Assembly (NCBI RefSeq): GCF_000372725.1
Contig: NW_005201984.1
Location: forward strand, 186,001-250,000
Reading direction: 5' to 3'
Origin: Emiliania huxleyi CCMP1516
Taxonomy: Eukaryota
Length of the DNA: 64,000 bases
Shown: positions 25,180 to 37,696 of the stretch, one piece after another
Numbering within the stretch: position 1 is the stretch's first letter
Layout: the number at the start of each line of letters is the position of its first letter
Notes under the pieces: model-generated
The model's database searches: none
Seen by the model: the letters and a program-made list of their open reading frames with translations, nothing else
Told to the model about the DNA's origin: nothing
Made by a program: the position numbers and the translations under genes

Positions 25180-26184
25180 TGCGAGAGAGGGGGGAGAGCG
25201 GCGAGGCGAGCAGCTAGCGCGCCTCGGCAGAGGCGAGAGCGCCGCGGCCGCGCCTGACGCACGAGCGACGAGCCGCGCAGCCCGCCCTGCAGCGGCGCGC
25301 AACCTACGGCAGAGAGCGCCGACGAGACCTGGTGTGAGGCCGACGGCGGCGGGGATGGCGCGGTGCGCGGTCGGCGGAGGAAGGGGGGGGGGCGGAGGGA
25401 CAGAGGCGTGCCGAGAGGCTCCGAGAGAGGGAGGGAGGGAGGGAGGGAGATATCGCGAGGTGAGGAGCGCGCAGTGAGGGCGAGAGAGGGCGGTGCGGTG
25501 GCGACGCCGCGGCGTGGCGCGAATGGGAAGAGTGCGGAGGGGAGTGCGAGAGAGGGGGGGGAGCGGCGAGGCGAGCAGCTAGCGCGCCTCGGCAGAGGCG
25601 AGAGCGCCGCGGCCGCGCCTGACGCACGAACGACGAGCCGCGCAGCCCGCCCTGCAGCAACGCGCAACCTACGGCAGAGAGCGCCGATGAGACCTGGTGT
25701 GAGGCCGACGGCGGCGGGGATGGCGCGGTGCGCGGTCGGCGGAGGAGGGGGGCGGAGGGACGGAGGCGTGCCGAGAGGCTCCAAGAGAGGGAGGGAGGGA
25801 GGGAGGGAGATGTCGCGAGGTGAGGAGCGCGCAGTGAGGGCGAGAGAGGGCGGTGCGGTGGCGGCGCCGCGGCGTGGCGCGAATGGGAAGAGTGCGGAGG
25901 GGAGTGCGAGAGAGGGGGGGGAGCGGCGAGGCGAGCAGCTAGCGCGCCTCGGCAGAGGCGAGAGCGCCGCGGCCGCGCCTGACGCACGAACGACGAGCCG
26001 CGCAGCCCGCCATGCAGCAACGCGCAACCTACGGCAGAGAGCGCCGATGAGACCTGGTGTGAGGCCGACGGCGGCGGGGATGGCGCGGTGCGCGGTCGGC
26101 GGAGGAGGGGGGCGGAGGGACGGAGGCGTGCCGAGAGGCTCCGAGAGAGGGAGGGAGGGAGGGAGGGAGATATCGCGAGGTGAC
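25180..26184. repeat. ~360-bp tandem subrepeats (~2.8 copies) in the rDNA intergenic spacer
   Basis: Sequence starting at 25561 and at 25921 is nearly identical; a further copy lies ~365 bp earlier. Confidence 0.9.
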
Positions 26185-27239
26185 GGGGGAGCTGCGGGAC
26201 GGAAAGAGGGGAGAGCTGGCCGGGATGAGGAGTGAGAGCGCGGCGGTGGTGCGCCGCGCGCCGCCGCGCACCTGTAGCTGCACGCCGGCCTAGCGCACGG
26301 CCTCGGTCAAAGGGTGGCGGAAACGCGACGCGGAGGGCTGCGGCAGTGGCAGGAGCACTGGAGCGGCGGCGTGGTGGCGGGAGCGAAGGTGCCTGAGGCA
26401 GTGTGCAGCGGGCGTGGTGAGGCTCGAGGCTGCCAAGTGCGAGTGTGCGCGGGAGGCCGGTCGGAGGCTAGCTGGCTCCCATCGCAACTCACACGCGGCT
26501 GTGCACACGGACGAGACGCTGCTGCCTCTCGTGGCACTGCTCAACAACGCTCAACGCCGACCGTCGGGGGGTCTGGTTGGGCTCTGTGCGGCTGGAGGAG
26601 AGCGGAGAGTGGAGCGGTGGTGTGCCCGAGTGCAGAACGGCGCACGCTGCGCACCAGCAGCGCGTGGAGAGAGGCGGACGGCCCCCGGGGGCTTCTCGTT
26701 CGTTTCAAGGCGGGCAAAAGAATTTCGCGCTTTTGCATGAGACCGCAAAGATTTTCTTTCTTTTCTTCATGAGACTGCGAAGAGAGAGAGGAAGAGGCGG
26801 ACGCCCAAGGGTGGGCGACGGCTAGCGCATCACACCCCTCTCCTTAAAATCCCTGTGTGGTGGCGGCGTGCCGTCCTCCCATCCCTCCCTTGGGTTGTCT
26901 GTTTTCTTTCTTTTCTTTACATTCGGCTGCCCATCATCCATTCAAGACATTTTGTTCTCCCAGTGTCCTGTGTGGGTGATCCTGTGTGTGTGGGTGATCC
27001 TGCCCACCCCCTCTCCGTGTCGCGCTGTGTGCCCCCGCACCCCCCCCCAAATGGCATCCCAAGACCCTTGCTGTTTGTTCCGCAAGGAGCAAGGTGGGAC
27101 TCTGTCCTCTTCCCATCCCTAGTTTGCCAGTGTTCGAAATTCTTCCTGTGTTAGTGTGTGGGCCACAGTCCCGTGCCCAGGGTTGTGCGAGGGAGTTTTG
27201 TTGTAAAAAATCGTTCACTTTCTTCTGGGGGGGGGGGGG

Positions 27240-30200
27240 GTGACAAGGGGGGGGGGGGGCCACCCCAGCGGTGGGGAAGGCGGCTGCAAAGGTGGCGGCA
27301 AGGGTGGCGCCCAAGGTGGCGCCCATGGCGGGGGCGGCAAAAATGGTGTGGCCGGGGCTAAGGTGGCGGCCCCCACAATGGCGGCGGGCGGCGGCGGCGG
27401 GCAAATTCCGACGGCGGTGGCAAACACGGTGGCAAAGGCCCCGGGCTTACTTGGAGGGCAAAAACAAAAACGGGGGGCATGCCCGAAATGCCCCGGGGGC
27501 TGGCTAAAAGAAAAGGCCTCCCGCCCGCCCCCGAGAGGGGGCCAAAAAAGNNNNNNNNNNNNNNNNNNNNNNNNNNNNNNNNNNNNNNNNNNNNNNNNNN
27601 NNNNNNNNNNNNNNNNNNNNNNNNNNNNNNNNNNNNNNNNNNNNNNNNNNNNNNNNNNNNNNNNNNNNNNNNNNNNNNNNNNNNNNNNNNNNNNNNNNNN
27701 NNNNNNNNNNNNNNNNNNNNNNNNNNNNNNNNNNNNNNNNNNNNNNNNNNNNNNNNNNNNNNNNNNNNNNNNNNNNNNNNNNNNNNNNNNNNNNNNNNNN
27801 NNNNNNNNNNNNNNNNNNNNNNNNNNNNNNNNNNNNNNNNNNNNNNNNNNNNNNNNNNNNNNNNNNNNNNNNNNNNNNNNNNNNNNNNNNNNNNNNNNNN
27901 NNNNNNNNNNNNNNNNNNNNNNNNNNNNNNNNNNNNNNNNNNNNNNNNNNNNNNNNNNNNNNNNNNNNNNNNNNNNNNNNNNNNNNNNNNNNNNNNNNNN
28001 NNNNNNNNNNNNNNNNNNNNNNNNNNNNNNNNNNNNNNNNNNNNNNNNNNNNNNNNNNNNNNNNNNNNNNNNNNNNNNNNNNNNNNNNNNNNNNNNNNNN
28101 NNNNNNNNNNNNNNNNNNNNNNNNNNNNNNNNNNNNNNNNNNNNNNNNNNNNNNNNNNNNNNNNNNNNNNNNNNNNNNNNNNNNNNNNNNNNNNNNNNNN
28201 NNNNNNNNNNNNNNNNNNNNNNNNNNNNNNNNNNNNNNNNNNNNNNNNNNNNNNNNNNNNNNNNNNNNNNNNNNNNNNNNNNNNNNNNNNNNNNNNNNNN
28301 NNNNNNNNNNNNNNNNNNNNNNNNNNNNNNNNNNNNNNNNNNNNNNNNNNCTCTTGCAGAGAGATGTCGGCGTGGTCGATTGGGATGGGGGCGGGGTGGG
28401 GGCGGGCGGTGGCGGTGACGGCGGCGGTGCGGCTTGAGGCGAGGGCGAGAGTGGCGGCATGCCGGACGGCGGCGGAGGCGAGGGGGCGGCGGGCAGGGCC
28501 GGTGCGGAGGGGGCGGTGAGGGCGGCGGCGAGGGCGGCGGCAAGGGGCGAGGGCGAGGAGTAGGAGGGTGGCGGAGGCGAGGGTGGCGGCAAGGGTGGCG
28601 GTGGGGAGGGCCGCTGCGATGGTGGTGGGGGCGAGAGTGGTGGCGAGGGTGTGGCGGCGGCGAGTGTGGACTGGTGTCAAGGGCGGCGGCGGTGACGGAG
28701 GCGGCGAGGGTGGAAGGGGGCGGATGGGCCAGAGTGGCGGCATGCGGCGACGGCGACGAAGGCGGGGGCGGCGGCGGGGTGGGAGGCGGCGAGGGCGGCG
28801 GCGGGGGTGGTGGTGACGAGGGGGCGCGGCGGCGGGGGCGGGGGCGAGGGCGGCAGCGGCGAGGGCGGCGGCGAGGGCGGTGGTGCGGCACGTGGGTCAC
28901 CACTCACCAGCGCGGTGACGGCGCACCTCAAGTCGGGGCACAACAAGCTGGCGCTGATCCAGGCAGGTCTCTGCGAGAGCCCCAACCTCCCGACACGCAC
29001 ACACCTGTCTGCCCTCCCACTTGCTCAGCGCTCGTGCTCCCTCCCCTTGTAGGCCAAGCTGAAAAAACGAGCTGATAAATAAAGTCAGAAAGGAGCCCCC
29101 GCGACGCGCCGCTACTGAACGAGAAGCCGGACACGGTGCTCGCGCTGCTGCTGCCGTCGGGAGCGCGGCAGCCACTTCTCGCGCTGCCCTACGCACCTTT
29201 GCCGACCTCCACGCCATCGCGGATGGCGCTGCTCGCGCTACCGGCGCCACCGGCCGCGCCGGCCGCGCCGCTGCCGGCCGCTCCTGCTCTGTAGCAGCGA
29301 TCCCTTGCGCAGGATTGCCCTCGGCGCCGCGGCTGAGGCCGGGGGAGACAGCGTGAGGGTGTCTGTGGTGGGTAGGGGCCCTTTGCCCATCGGGGTCGCT
29401 GCGCGCTAGAGCAGCGGCGGGCCGCCTAGGGGGCTCAAGGCGGCCTGCCGGTGCGGAGGGTGGGCCCCTAACGTGAAACACCGAACCCCCGCGCCGGTGG
29501 GGGGCCAACTTTGAGTGGTTATGCTGAGTACTGTTTATGGATGGGTTGTGGGGCTGCTTTGGGCGGTTTGGGCGTCCCTGGGGTACCTTCTGGAAGGTTC
29601 TGGCCCCGTTGGTTCGGGGGGCCTCATGTCTAGGGTGTGTGTGTTCACGAAAGGTTCCAGTCCATCCCGCAGAGTCCCTAGCTACACTCTGCTACAAGTC
29701 GGCGCCCACGCTGCAGATCCTGCGCATGGTCTCCGCGCAGGAGGACATGTTTGTGTGCATGCGCACGACGGCAAGAGGCGCGGCACGCCGCGGCTCAAGT
29801 AGACGGCCGCTTCAGAAAGGTCAAGAGATCGAGACAGGCGGCAGCGCCACCGCCTCATAGAAACCGACCCGTTGTCGCTCACGTCGTTCCTCTCGAACAC
29901 GAACGCGCAGGCAGGCGCGGGAGGGCCTGGCCCACTGACCGAGGTTATGTCTCACTTTTTGCTAGTGTTGTGCCTGGGATTGCAGTATGATGCCTAGCAC
30001 CTTTGATGCCGCAAAAGTATGCCGCCAGCTTGCTGTCTGTGAGCTGGCGTGACCCTTCCCCCGGGGCCCCTGCGTGGGCGGGCTTAGGCGCGTCCAGCCG
30101 GGAAGGGGCGGCAAGAGCGGCGGCGAGGGCGGTGGTAGGGGTGGCGGGTGAGAGGGCGGCGGCGGCGGCGAGGGCAGCGACGAGGGCGGTGGGGGCGAGG

Positions 30201-30445
30201 GTGGCTGCGAGGGTGGCGGGGGCAATGGTAAGGGCGAGGGTGGGCGGGCGGCAAGGCGGCAGCGAGGGCGGCGGGGGCTTGGTAGGTGGCACCGACGGCA
30301 GCAAGGATGGGGGTGGGGGTAAGCTAAGGGCGGTGTGGCGGCGAGGGCGGCGGTGGAGACGGTGGTGACGAGGCTCGAGGGTGGCGGCGGCGGTGACGGA
30401 GGCGGCAATGGCGGCGGGGCGGCGGCGGGGCGGCGGGGGGCGAGG
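27240..30445. repeat. Interrupted GGCGGCGAG-type low-complexity tracts (27240-27430, 28385-28890, 30110-30445) around an 800-N gap
   Basis: Degenerate PPPSP-like reading on the minus strand with frequent frame changes. Confidence 0.6.
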
Positions 30446-30835
30446 GCAAGATCGAAGGGCAAGAGCTGTGGCATGCCGGCCGGCGCGGCGGAGGCCGGAA
30501 TCGACCCTATCCAGTGCTCAAGTGCTCAAGAGCGAGAGGAGTGTGGTGCTAGCCGTCGCCCACCCTTGGGCGTCTACCTCTTCCTACCTATCTCTCTTCG
30601 CAGTTTCTCGCCAATTCTCGCAGCGACCTTCATGCCACCTCGCGTTCTTCCCACTCTCGTCGTTTCTCTCCTTCCTGCTGTTTCATCCTCTGACTCATCG
30701 CTCTCCTCGGCCTCGTTCTGAGACGCCGCTGCTGCCTGCCGACCCCTTGCTCTCGCGGCTTCTCTCGCTTCGCGCGGCGTGTTCTTTCTCTCGAAAATTC
30801 TTTCTTCGTGCCAGTGTGCTGTGAGAGAGGCTTGT

Positions 30836-32957
30836 ATTGACCGCGCAAGATATAAAGGGTGGCTAAGGGCTCTGCCCGCAAGGCGCCCGCGTCTGCGACG
30901 CGGTACCATTGACAAATCTGCAATATACCCCCACACGAACAAATAGCAAAATCCGAATACCGTGCAGGAACTGCGTGATGTGCGCCGGGCAAGCCTTCAG
31001 CTGGTGCCAAGACATTCGTATAACGCACGGGCCCTCAGCGGAGCTGGGAAAAGGACCGCCGCAAGCGGCGTGGCGTGGAGCGGTTGCGCATCCCTCCGGG
31101 GGCCCCTCTGCGCCGGGGAGGCGTTGTTGGAGGCTAGGACGCAAGCGTCCGTCGCCCTTTTCAAACTCGGGGCCCACTCCGCTACGCTCCGACCCGAATT
31201 TGGAGGGCCTAAAAGTTTAAGGTGTTGCTGCGCAAAAGGGGTCGGACACAGGGCGCAGCTCATGCTAAGAGCTAGAAGGGGAGCTAGAGAGAACGACTAC
31301 CCTGTCCCGTTATTGCGTACACCAACACCACAAAAGCTCTCTCTCTCCTGTCCTCACTCAGAGCACAGAGGGGGGTCACAACTACCGAGTCTCTCGACTA
31401 GCTGCCACGTTGCCGACCGAGAGCGGATCTCCTCCTGCTCCGCAAGGAGGGTGGCCAAGGCTAAAGTCTTGTCGGAGCCGCCGGGGGTGTTGACGACTTG
31501 GAGAAGGTCGCCCTTGCACTTGTACTTGTAGAGATGCTCGAGGGGGTGCTTTGTGGGGCGGTGCGCAGCCAGGCCAGCAGTGAGGGGAGGCGCACCCTCA
31601 CTCTCCTCGGTTGCAGAGCTCGTCGGAGGCTGCGTCACGACGGGTCGCGACAGCAGTCCTCGGGCGAGCCGACGCGCATGTCCAACCAGCGCTGGGACTC
31701 GTTGTGACGGCAGACGCCGGCTGCCTCTCCAACCGCTTCTGCAGCGTCCTTCTTTGCCCGTGCATGGGCTCGATCCGATTCCGCAGCGTGTCGTCCCCAG
31801 CGGCGGTGCTGCGCGGGAGGCGGTCGCGGGCACGCTGGGCTCGATCAGCTTTCCCTAGCACGGATTTGGCGGACGTTCTCGGCTTCAATTTTACGAATGT
31901 CTTGCTTGGCATTACGAATGTCTTGGCACCAGCTGAAGGCTTGCGTCCCACATCACCCAGTTCGTGCACGGTATTCGGATTTTGCTATTTGTTCGTGTGG
32001 GGGTATATTGCAGATTTGTCAATGGTACCGCGTCTGCGACGCGGGCGCCTTGCGAGCAGAGCCCTTAGGACACCCTTTTATCTTGCGCGGTCAAAATTGA
32101 AGCCAAGAACGTCCGCCAAGTCCGTGCTAGGGAAAGCTGATCGAGCCCAGCGTGCCCGCGACCGCCTCCCGCGCAGCACCGCCGCTGGGGACGACACGCT
32201 GCGGAATCGGATCGAGCCCATGCACGGGCAAAGAAGGATGCTGCAGAAGCGGTTGGAGAGGCAGCCGGCGTCTGCCGTCACAACGAGTCCCAGCGCTGGT
32301 TGGACATGCGCGTCGGCTCGCCCGAGGACTGCTGTCGCGACCCTCCCGTCATGACGCAGCCTCCGACGAGCTCTGCAACCGAGGAGAGTGAGGGTGCGCC
32401 TCCCCTCACTGCTGGCCTGGCTGCGCACCGCCCCACAAAGCACCCCCTCGAGCATCTCTACAAGTACAAGTACAAGGGCGACCTTCTCCAAGTCGTCAAC
32501 GCCCCCGGCGGCTCCGGCAAGGCTTTAGCCTTGGCCACCCTCCTTGCGGAGCAGGAGGAGATCCGCTCTCGGTCGGCAACGTGGCAGCTAGTCGAGAGAC
32601 TCGGTAGTTGTGACCCCCCTCTGTGCTCTGAGTGAGGACAGGAGAGAGAGAGCGTTTTGTGGTGTTGGTGTACGCAATAACGGGACAGGGTAGTCGTTCT
32701 CTCTAGCTCCCCTTCTAGCTCTTAGCATGAGCTGCGCCCTGTGTCCGACCCCTTTTGCGCAGCAACACCTTAAACTTTTAGGCCCTCCAGATTCGGGTCG
32801 GAGCGTAGCGGAGTGGGCCCCGAGTTTGAAAAAGGCGACGGACGCTTGCGTCCTAGCCTCCAACAACGCCTCCCCGGCGCAGAGGGGCCCCCGGAGGGAT
32901 GCTCAACCGCTCCACGCCACGCCGCTTGCGGCGGTCCTATTCCCAGCTCCGCGGAGG
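30836..32957. repeat. Nested inverted-repeat structure A-B-A'-B' (possible mobile-element relic)
   Basis: A (30836-31020) is inverted at 31912-32094; B (31035-31892) is inverted at 32093-32957. Arms are highly similar. Confidence 0.9.
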
Positions 32958-33154
32958 CTCTCCGAGAATTCTTTCTTCGTCGAGCCTGTCAGATGTGAGA
33001 GAGAGTTGTTTTGTTTAAATTCTTTCTTCGTGCCACTCTCTTCGCTGTAGAGGCGCTTGCCGCTGTGCCGCGTCGCTCGTCACCGTTCTCGACTCGGCCT
33101 CCTCGGTGCGCGCGGCTCGGCGACACAGCTCACGCACCTGCCCTGATCGCAGGC

Positions 33155-33651
33155 ATGCCGCCCAAGAAGAAGGAGGAGGAGAAGCCGCGCGTCATCCTGG
33201 GCCGGCCTACCAACCATGTCAAGGCTGGCATGGTGGGCATGCCAAACGTGGGCAAGTCGACGACGTTCAACATCATGTGCAAGATGTCTGTGCCGGCCGA
33301 GAACTTTCCCTTCTGCACCATCGATCCGACCGAGGCCAGGGTCGAGGTGCCGGACCCGAAGTGGCGCAAGCTGTGCGACATGTGGAAGCCAAAGAATGAG
33401 GTGCCGGCGTACCTGACCATCTTTGACATCGCGGGTCTGGTCAAGGGCGCGGCGGACGGCGAGGGCCTCGGCAATGCCTTCCTCTCCCACATCTCGGCGA
33501 CGGACGCCATCTTCCACGTGGTGCGCCGCCGCCTCTGCCTCCGCCTCCGCCGCCGCCGCCGCTGCCGCCGCCGCTTCCGCCGCCGCTGCCGCCGCCGCTG
33601 CCCTGCCGCCGCCGCCGCCGCCTCTGCCGCCATTGTAGCCGCTGCGGGCGA

Positions 33652-33720
<69 letters not shown>

Positions 33721-35596
33721 GAGAGAGAGAGAGCAGAGGGATGGCGGCCGGCCGTAGGTGCGCACCTTCGAGGAGACGGCGGACGGCGACATGGCGACGC
33801 ACGTCGAGGACTCGGTGGACCCGGTGCGCGACCTCGAGATCATCCGCGACGAGCTGCGGCTGAAGGCGCGGCGCCGAGGGATGCAGAGAGAGGATGCAGA
33901 GCGATGCAGAGCGATGTAGAGCGATGATGCAGAGAGGTGATGCAGAGAGGTGCTCTGCGACAAGCTGCGGCTAAGAGGAGAGGCGCGGCTAGAGCGCCTG
34001 CGCCGGCGCCCTTCGGAGACGCGCCACTCGACGGTGCAGCCTCGACTCTGTCTCGCCGCCGCCGCGTTCCTCAGGACGTCGCCGCGCTCGAGAAGCTGAT
34101 TGAGCCGCTCGAGAAGGAGGTAAAGAGGGACGGCAAGGTGGACCCGCCTCTCTCTCTCTCCTCCAGCGAGCACAGACGCGTCTCCACGTCATCGCCTCTA
34201 CCTGTTTCCATCGTGCTCACTCTCAAAGGCCAGGAGCGCAGCGCGGCACGGCGTTCCCGTCCCCGAGTCGCCTTGTGTCCGCGCTCCAGGCCAAGGAGAA
34301 GAAGGACCGGCTCGAGATCATGAACAAGATCCTCGAGTTCGTCAAGGAGAAGGAGGCGCGCTTCGGAGCGTGGAGCACCAAGGAGATCGACGTGCTCAAC
34401 GAGTGCTGCCTGCTCACCTCCAAGACGGCGAGCCGAGCCGAGAGTGGCCGAGACGAGCCGAGATGAGCTGTGCATGCGCATGTCCCCCCCCCCCCCCCCG
34501 GTCCCACAGGCCCTCCACCTCGTCAACATGTCCGAGAAGGACTTTTTGCGCAAGAAGAACAAGTGGCTCCCGAAGCTCAAGGCGACGGCTCGCCTTGCCG
34601 CCCTTTGCCGGGACTCGCCTCACGATCGCTAGTCCCATCCTCCTCCCCGCTGCCCCTCTCCCGCTCTCGCTCCCTCGGGCCGCCGCAGCCGCCGCGCGAG
34701 CTCCTCTCCTGCTGTTTCACGTCCCGCCGCTCCCTTCCGCCCAGCGGCGAGCCGTCCTGCCGCGAGCGGGAACCGGCTGCGAGGTAGGCGTGGATCGACG
34801 AGAACCGGCCGGGCGAGAGCATGATACCGTACTCGGCCGCGCTGGAGGCGAGGCCGGGTCGGCCTGTGCGGCCCGCAGGCTCGCGCGTGGCTGGGAGGGT
34901 TGCGGCTGTGAGCAGGCGAGGCTGGTCGACATGGAGCCGGCGGAGAGGGCCGCCTACTGCGAGGAGCAGAAGTGCGCGAGCCAGATGGACAAGATCGTCT
35001 GCACCGGCTACCACACGCTGCAGCTCGTCCACTTTTACACCGCCGGCGCGCCGCCCCGGCCCGAAGGGGTGGCGTCGCCCGGCGGACATCCGCCCGTGAC
35101 GTGGCGGCGGACGCGTCCCGTGCAGGTGCCGACGAGGTCAAGTGCTGGACGATCCGCGAGGGGTGGACGGCGCCTAAGGCGGCGGGGACCATCCACACGG
35201 ACTTTGAGCGCGGTTTCATCAAGGCCCGCCCCGCGAGACACACACGCGACACCAGACACAAGACGCCGACACCGCCGGCCACCCGACGAGGATTGCACCC
35301 GCGAGCGCGCTGCCGTCGACCCCGTCTCATCGCCGCCCTCGCCGGCCCTCACCCGCCCTCCAACCCCCACCCGCCCTCCAACTCTGCCCCCGCCCACTCC
35401 CCCGCAGGCGGAGGTCTACAACTACGACGACTGGAAGGCGCAGCTGAAGGAGACGGACGACGGCCGTGCCGGCCCGCTCGCGGAGACGGCGGTCAAGGAG
35501 TCGGGAAAGTACCGGCAGGAGGGGAAGAACTACGTGGTCAAGGACGGCGACGTCATCTTCTTCAAGTTTAACGTAACGACGGACAAGAAGAAGTAG
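33155..35596 (+). CDS. OLA1: Obg-like ATPase 1 (YchF family), 9 exons
   Basis: [83 protein letters not shown]. Confidence 0.96.
33653..33733. repeat. (CA)n/(GA)n microsatellite in OLA1 intron 1
   Basis: Directly visible. Confidence 0.95.
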
Positions 35597-36248
35597 CCGA
35601 CATGATCGCCCGCCGGTTTTGGCCGCCCTCTCTCGCCCGTGGGCGGTGTGGGTGTGCCCCACCGCACGTGCGCGTGCGCCCCGCCAGTCGGTAGCCCGGA
35701 AGCCCGCGCGCGCGTTGTTATATTCTAACCCCTTTACGGTGACACGTACGGTACAAAGAGATAAGAGTTGCTTCAACAAAAGCACGCCGCGCCAGTGGCC
35801 CGCACACGTCTCACGTGCGTTATTCAAAAGCTCTCTCTCTCTCAGGCTCAGTCACGCTCACCAACGGGGCTCACGGCGTACATTTCGTTCTCGTATTTCG
35901 CTTTCCGGGATATTCGGCGCGGATCGGCGCGTCGATGAGGTTATAAGTCGCAGTAACGCTAATTGTTGTACGCGGCATGTGCGGTGTCGGGTCGGTGTGC
36001 AGCTCGTGCAGGTGTGTGCACAAAGCCACAACGTCAACGACTATAAAGACTGGACTGCGATCTGCGAACCGTGCTGTCCTGTGTCGTGTGTGATACTGAC
36101 ATGGAGTATTTCGAAAATAGTGTATCCGCCGGATGGTCACAGGATCGCGGATCGTGCGGGCTACCGGAGCACTTGAGCCCTGACCCTTGGGGCTGTGCGC
36201 ACTCGCAGGGAGGGGGCAATGTGAACGTTGGGAGAATACAAAAGATGG

Positions 36249-36425
<177 letters not shown>

Positions 36426-37008
36426 AGCTACTGTGCCTAGTGTCGGAGAGGGAAGACGTCAGGCAAAAACTTGTGCGATTTCGGGCGACGTCGTGCTTTT
36501 GTGTGACGCCATAGGTCGTATTTTCTTCTCAATAACAAGGCTGTGAATAGACGCGATTTCGGGCCCGGGGTTGTGCTTTTGTGTGAATAGAAGCTTGTGC
36601 GTCTTGGGTCCGTGGTTGTGTTTTTGTGTGAATAGACGCCGTAGAGCATCACAGCCGGGCAGGCTAGTGTGGGCGGGTGGCCCGCCCGGCCGTCGGTGAG
36701 CACCGGACGCGAGGGTCGCTGGGTCGGTCGGTCGGCTCCTAACTAACTCGCTGCATACTCGAGTATAGTAGCGATGAGCTCACTAGCTAGAGCTCACACT
36801 AGAGGCCGTCATCGCATTCGCCCTGGGACCCAGCGCTGACTTCTGACTGTCGTTGCGGTCTATCCCTTTCTCGACTGTCTGAGCTTCTGCGTCTTGGGTG
36901 CGTGGTTTTGTTTTTTTTGAAAAATTCCTAGACGCCGTAGAGCATCACGGGCAGCCAAACACTTGGGCGTTTTTCTGCTCTTCGCCGCCCCGCCCGGCAG
37001 TCGTCTCC

Positions 37009-37696
37009 ATGGTGTGGTTCGGGTGCATGGACAGCTTGGCGCTCAACTACGAGTCTACGGCCACTGTGCCGGACCCTTCGGCCTGTGTTTACCCCCCCAT
37101 ATCCGGCTGCACGGACTCCACGGCGACAAACTACAACCCGTGGGCTCAATCCTCAGATGGCTCGTGCACCTTTGCGGGCTGCACGAATAGCAATGCGGAA
37201 AACTACAACTCTCTTGCCGCCACGGACGACGGCAAGTGCGAGATCAAAGGGTGCATGGACAGCGACAACGCCAACTACAACTCCGAAGCGACGTTTGAGG
37301 ACGCCACCGACTGCAAACTCGTTACGGGGTGCAAGGACCCGGCGGCAGAAAACTACGACTCGAGGGCCAACCACGGCAACGACGCCGAGCTGTGCATCAT
37401 CACCGGCTGCATGGACGAGCAGGCCTGCTAGCCAGAGGAGACACTGCTCTCCCCCCGGCAGACGCCCATCCGCCCGCCCCCCCCCCACTTCCCTCTCCAC
37501 CGTCCGCCCCCCCGCCCCCCCTCCACCCCCCCACCCCGCCCCGCCCCGCCCCCGGCAGGACCATGCACAGGTGGTCGACCTGTCCTCGCTGCTCGCCTAC
37601 ACGCGCAAGGAGCTCGCCGAGCTCGTCGAGAAGTCAGGCGTCACCGGTCGCGGCCCGACGCCGTGGAAGGCGAAGGAGGGCACGGTTGCCGTATGA
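37009..37696 (+). CDS. Cys/Asn/Asp-rich repeat protein (GC[TM]D..A.NY...A..DDG.C repeats); start uncertain
   Basis: Five complete plus one partial ~23-aa repeats at 37021-37420. A predicted GC-AG intron leads to a last exon ending at TGA 37696. Confidence 0.7.

Noticed and set aside
23205..28903. Long ORFs in the rDNA spacer and across N gaps
   Set aside because: Stop-poor GC-rich low complexity plus runs of X; no domain signal.
28905..29080. Short coding-like fragment (…HLKSGHNKLALIQ/AKLKKRADK*)
   Set aside because: Too short to assign; no start or catalytic motifs.
30836..31020. A unit as an snRNA, tRNA or 5S gene (has a TATAAA-like motif)
   Set aside because: No cloverleaf, A/B box or recognisable snRNA/5S motif.
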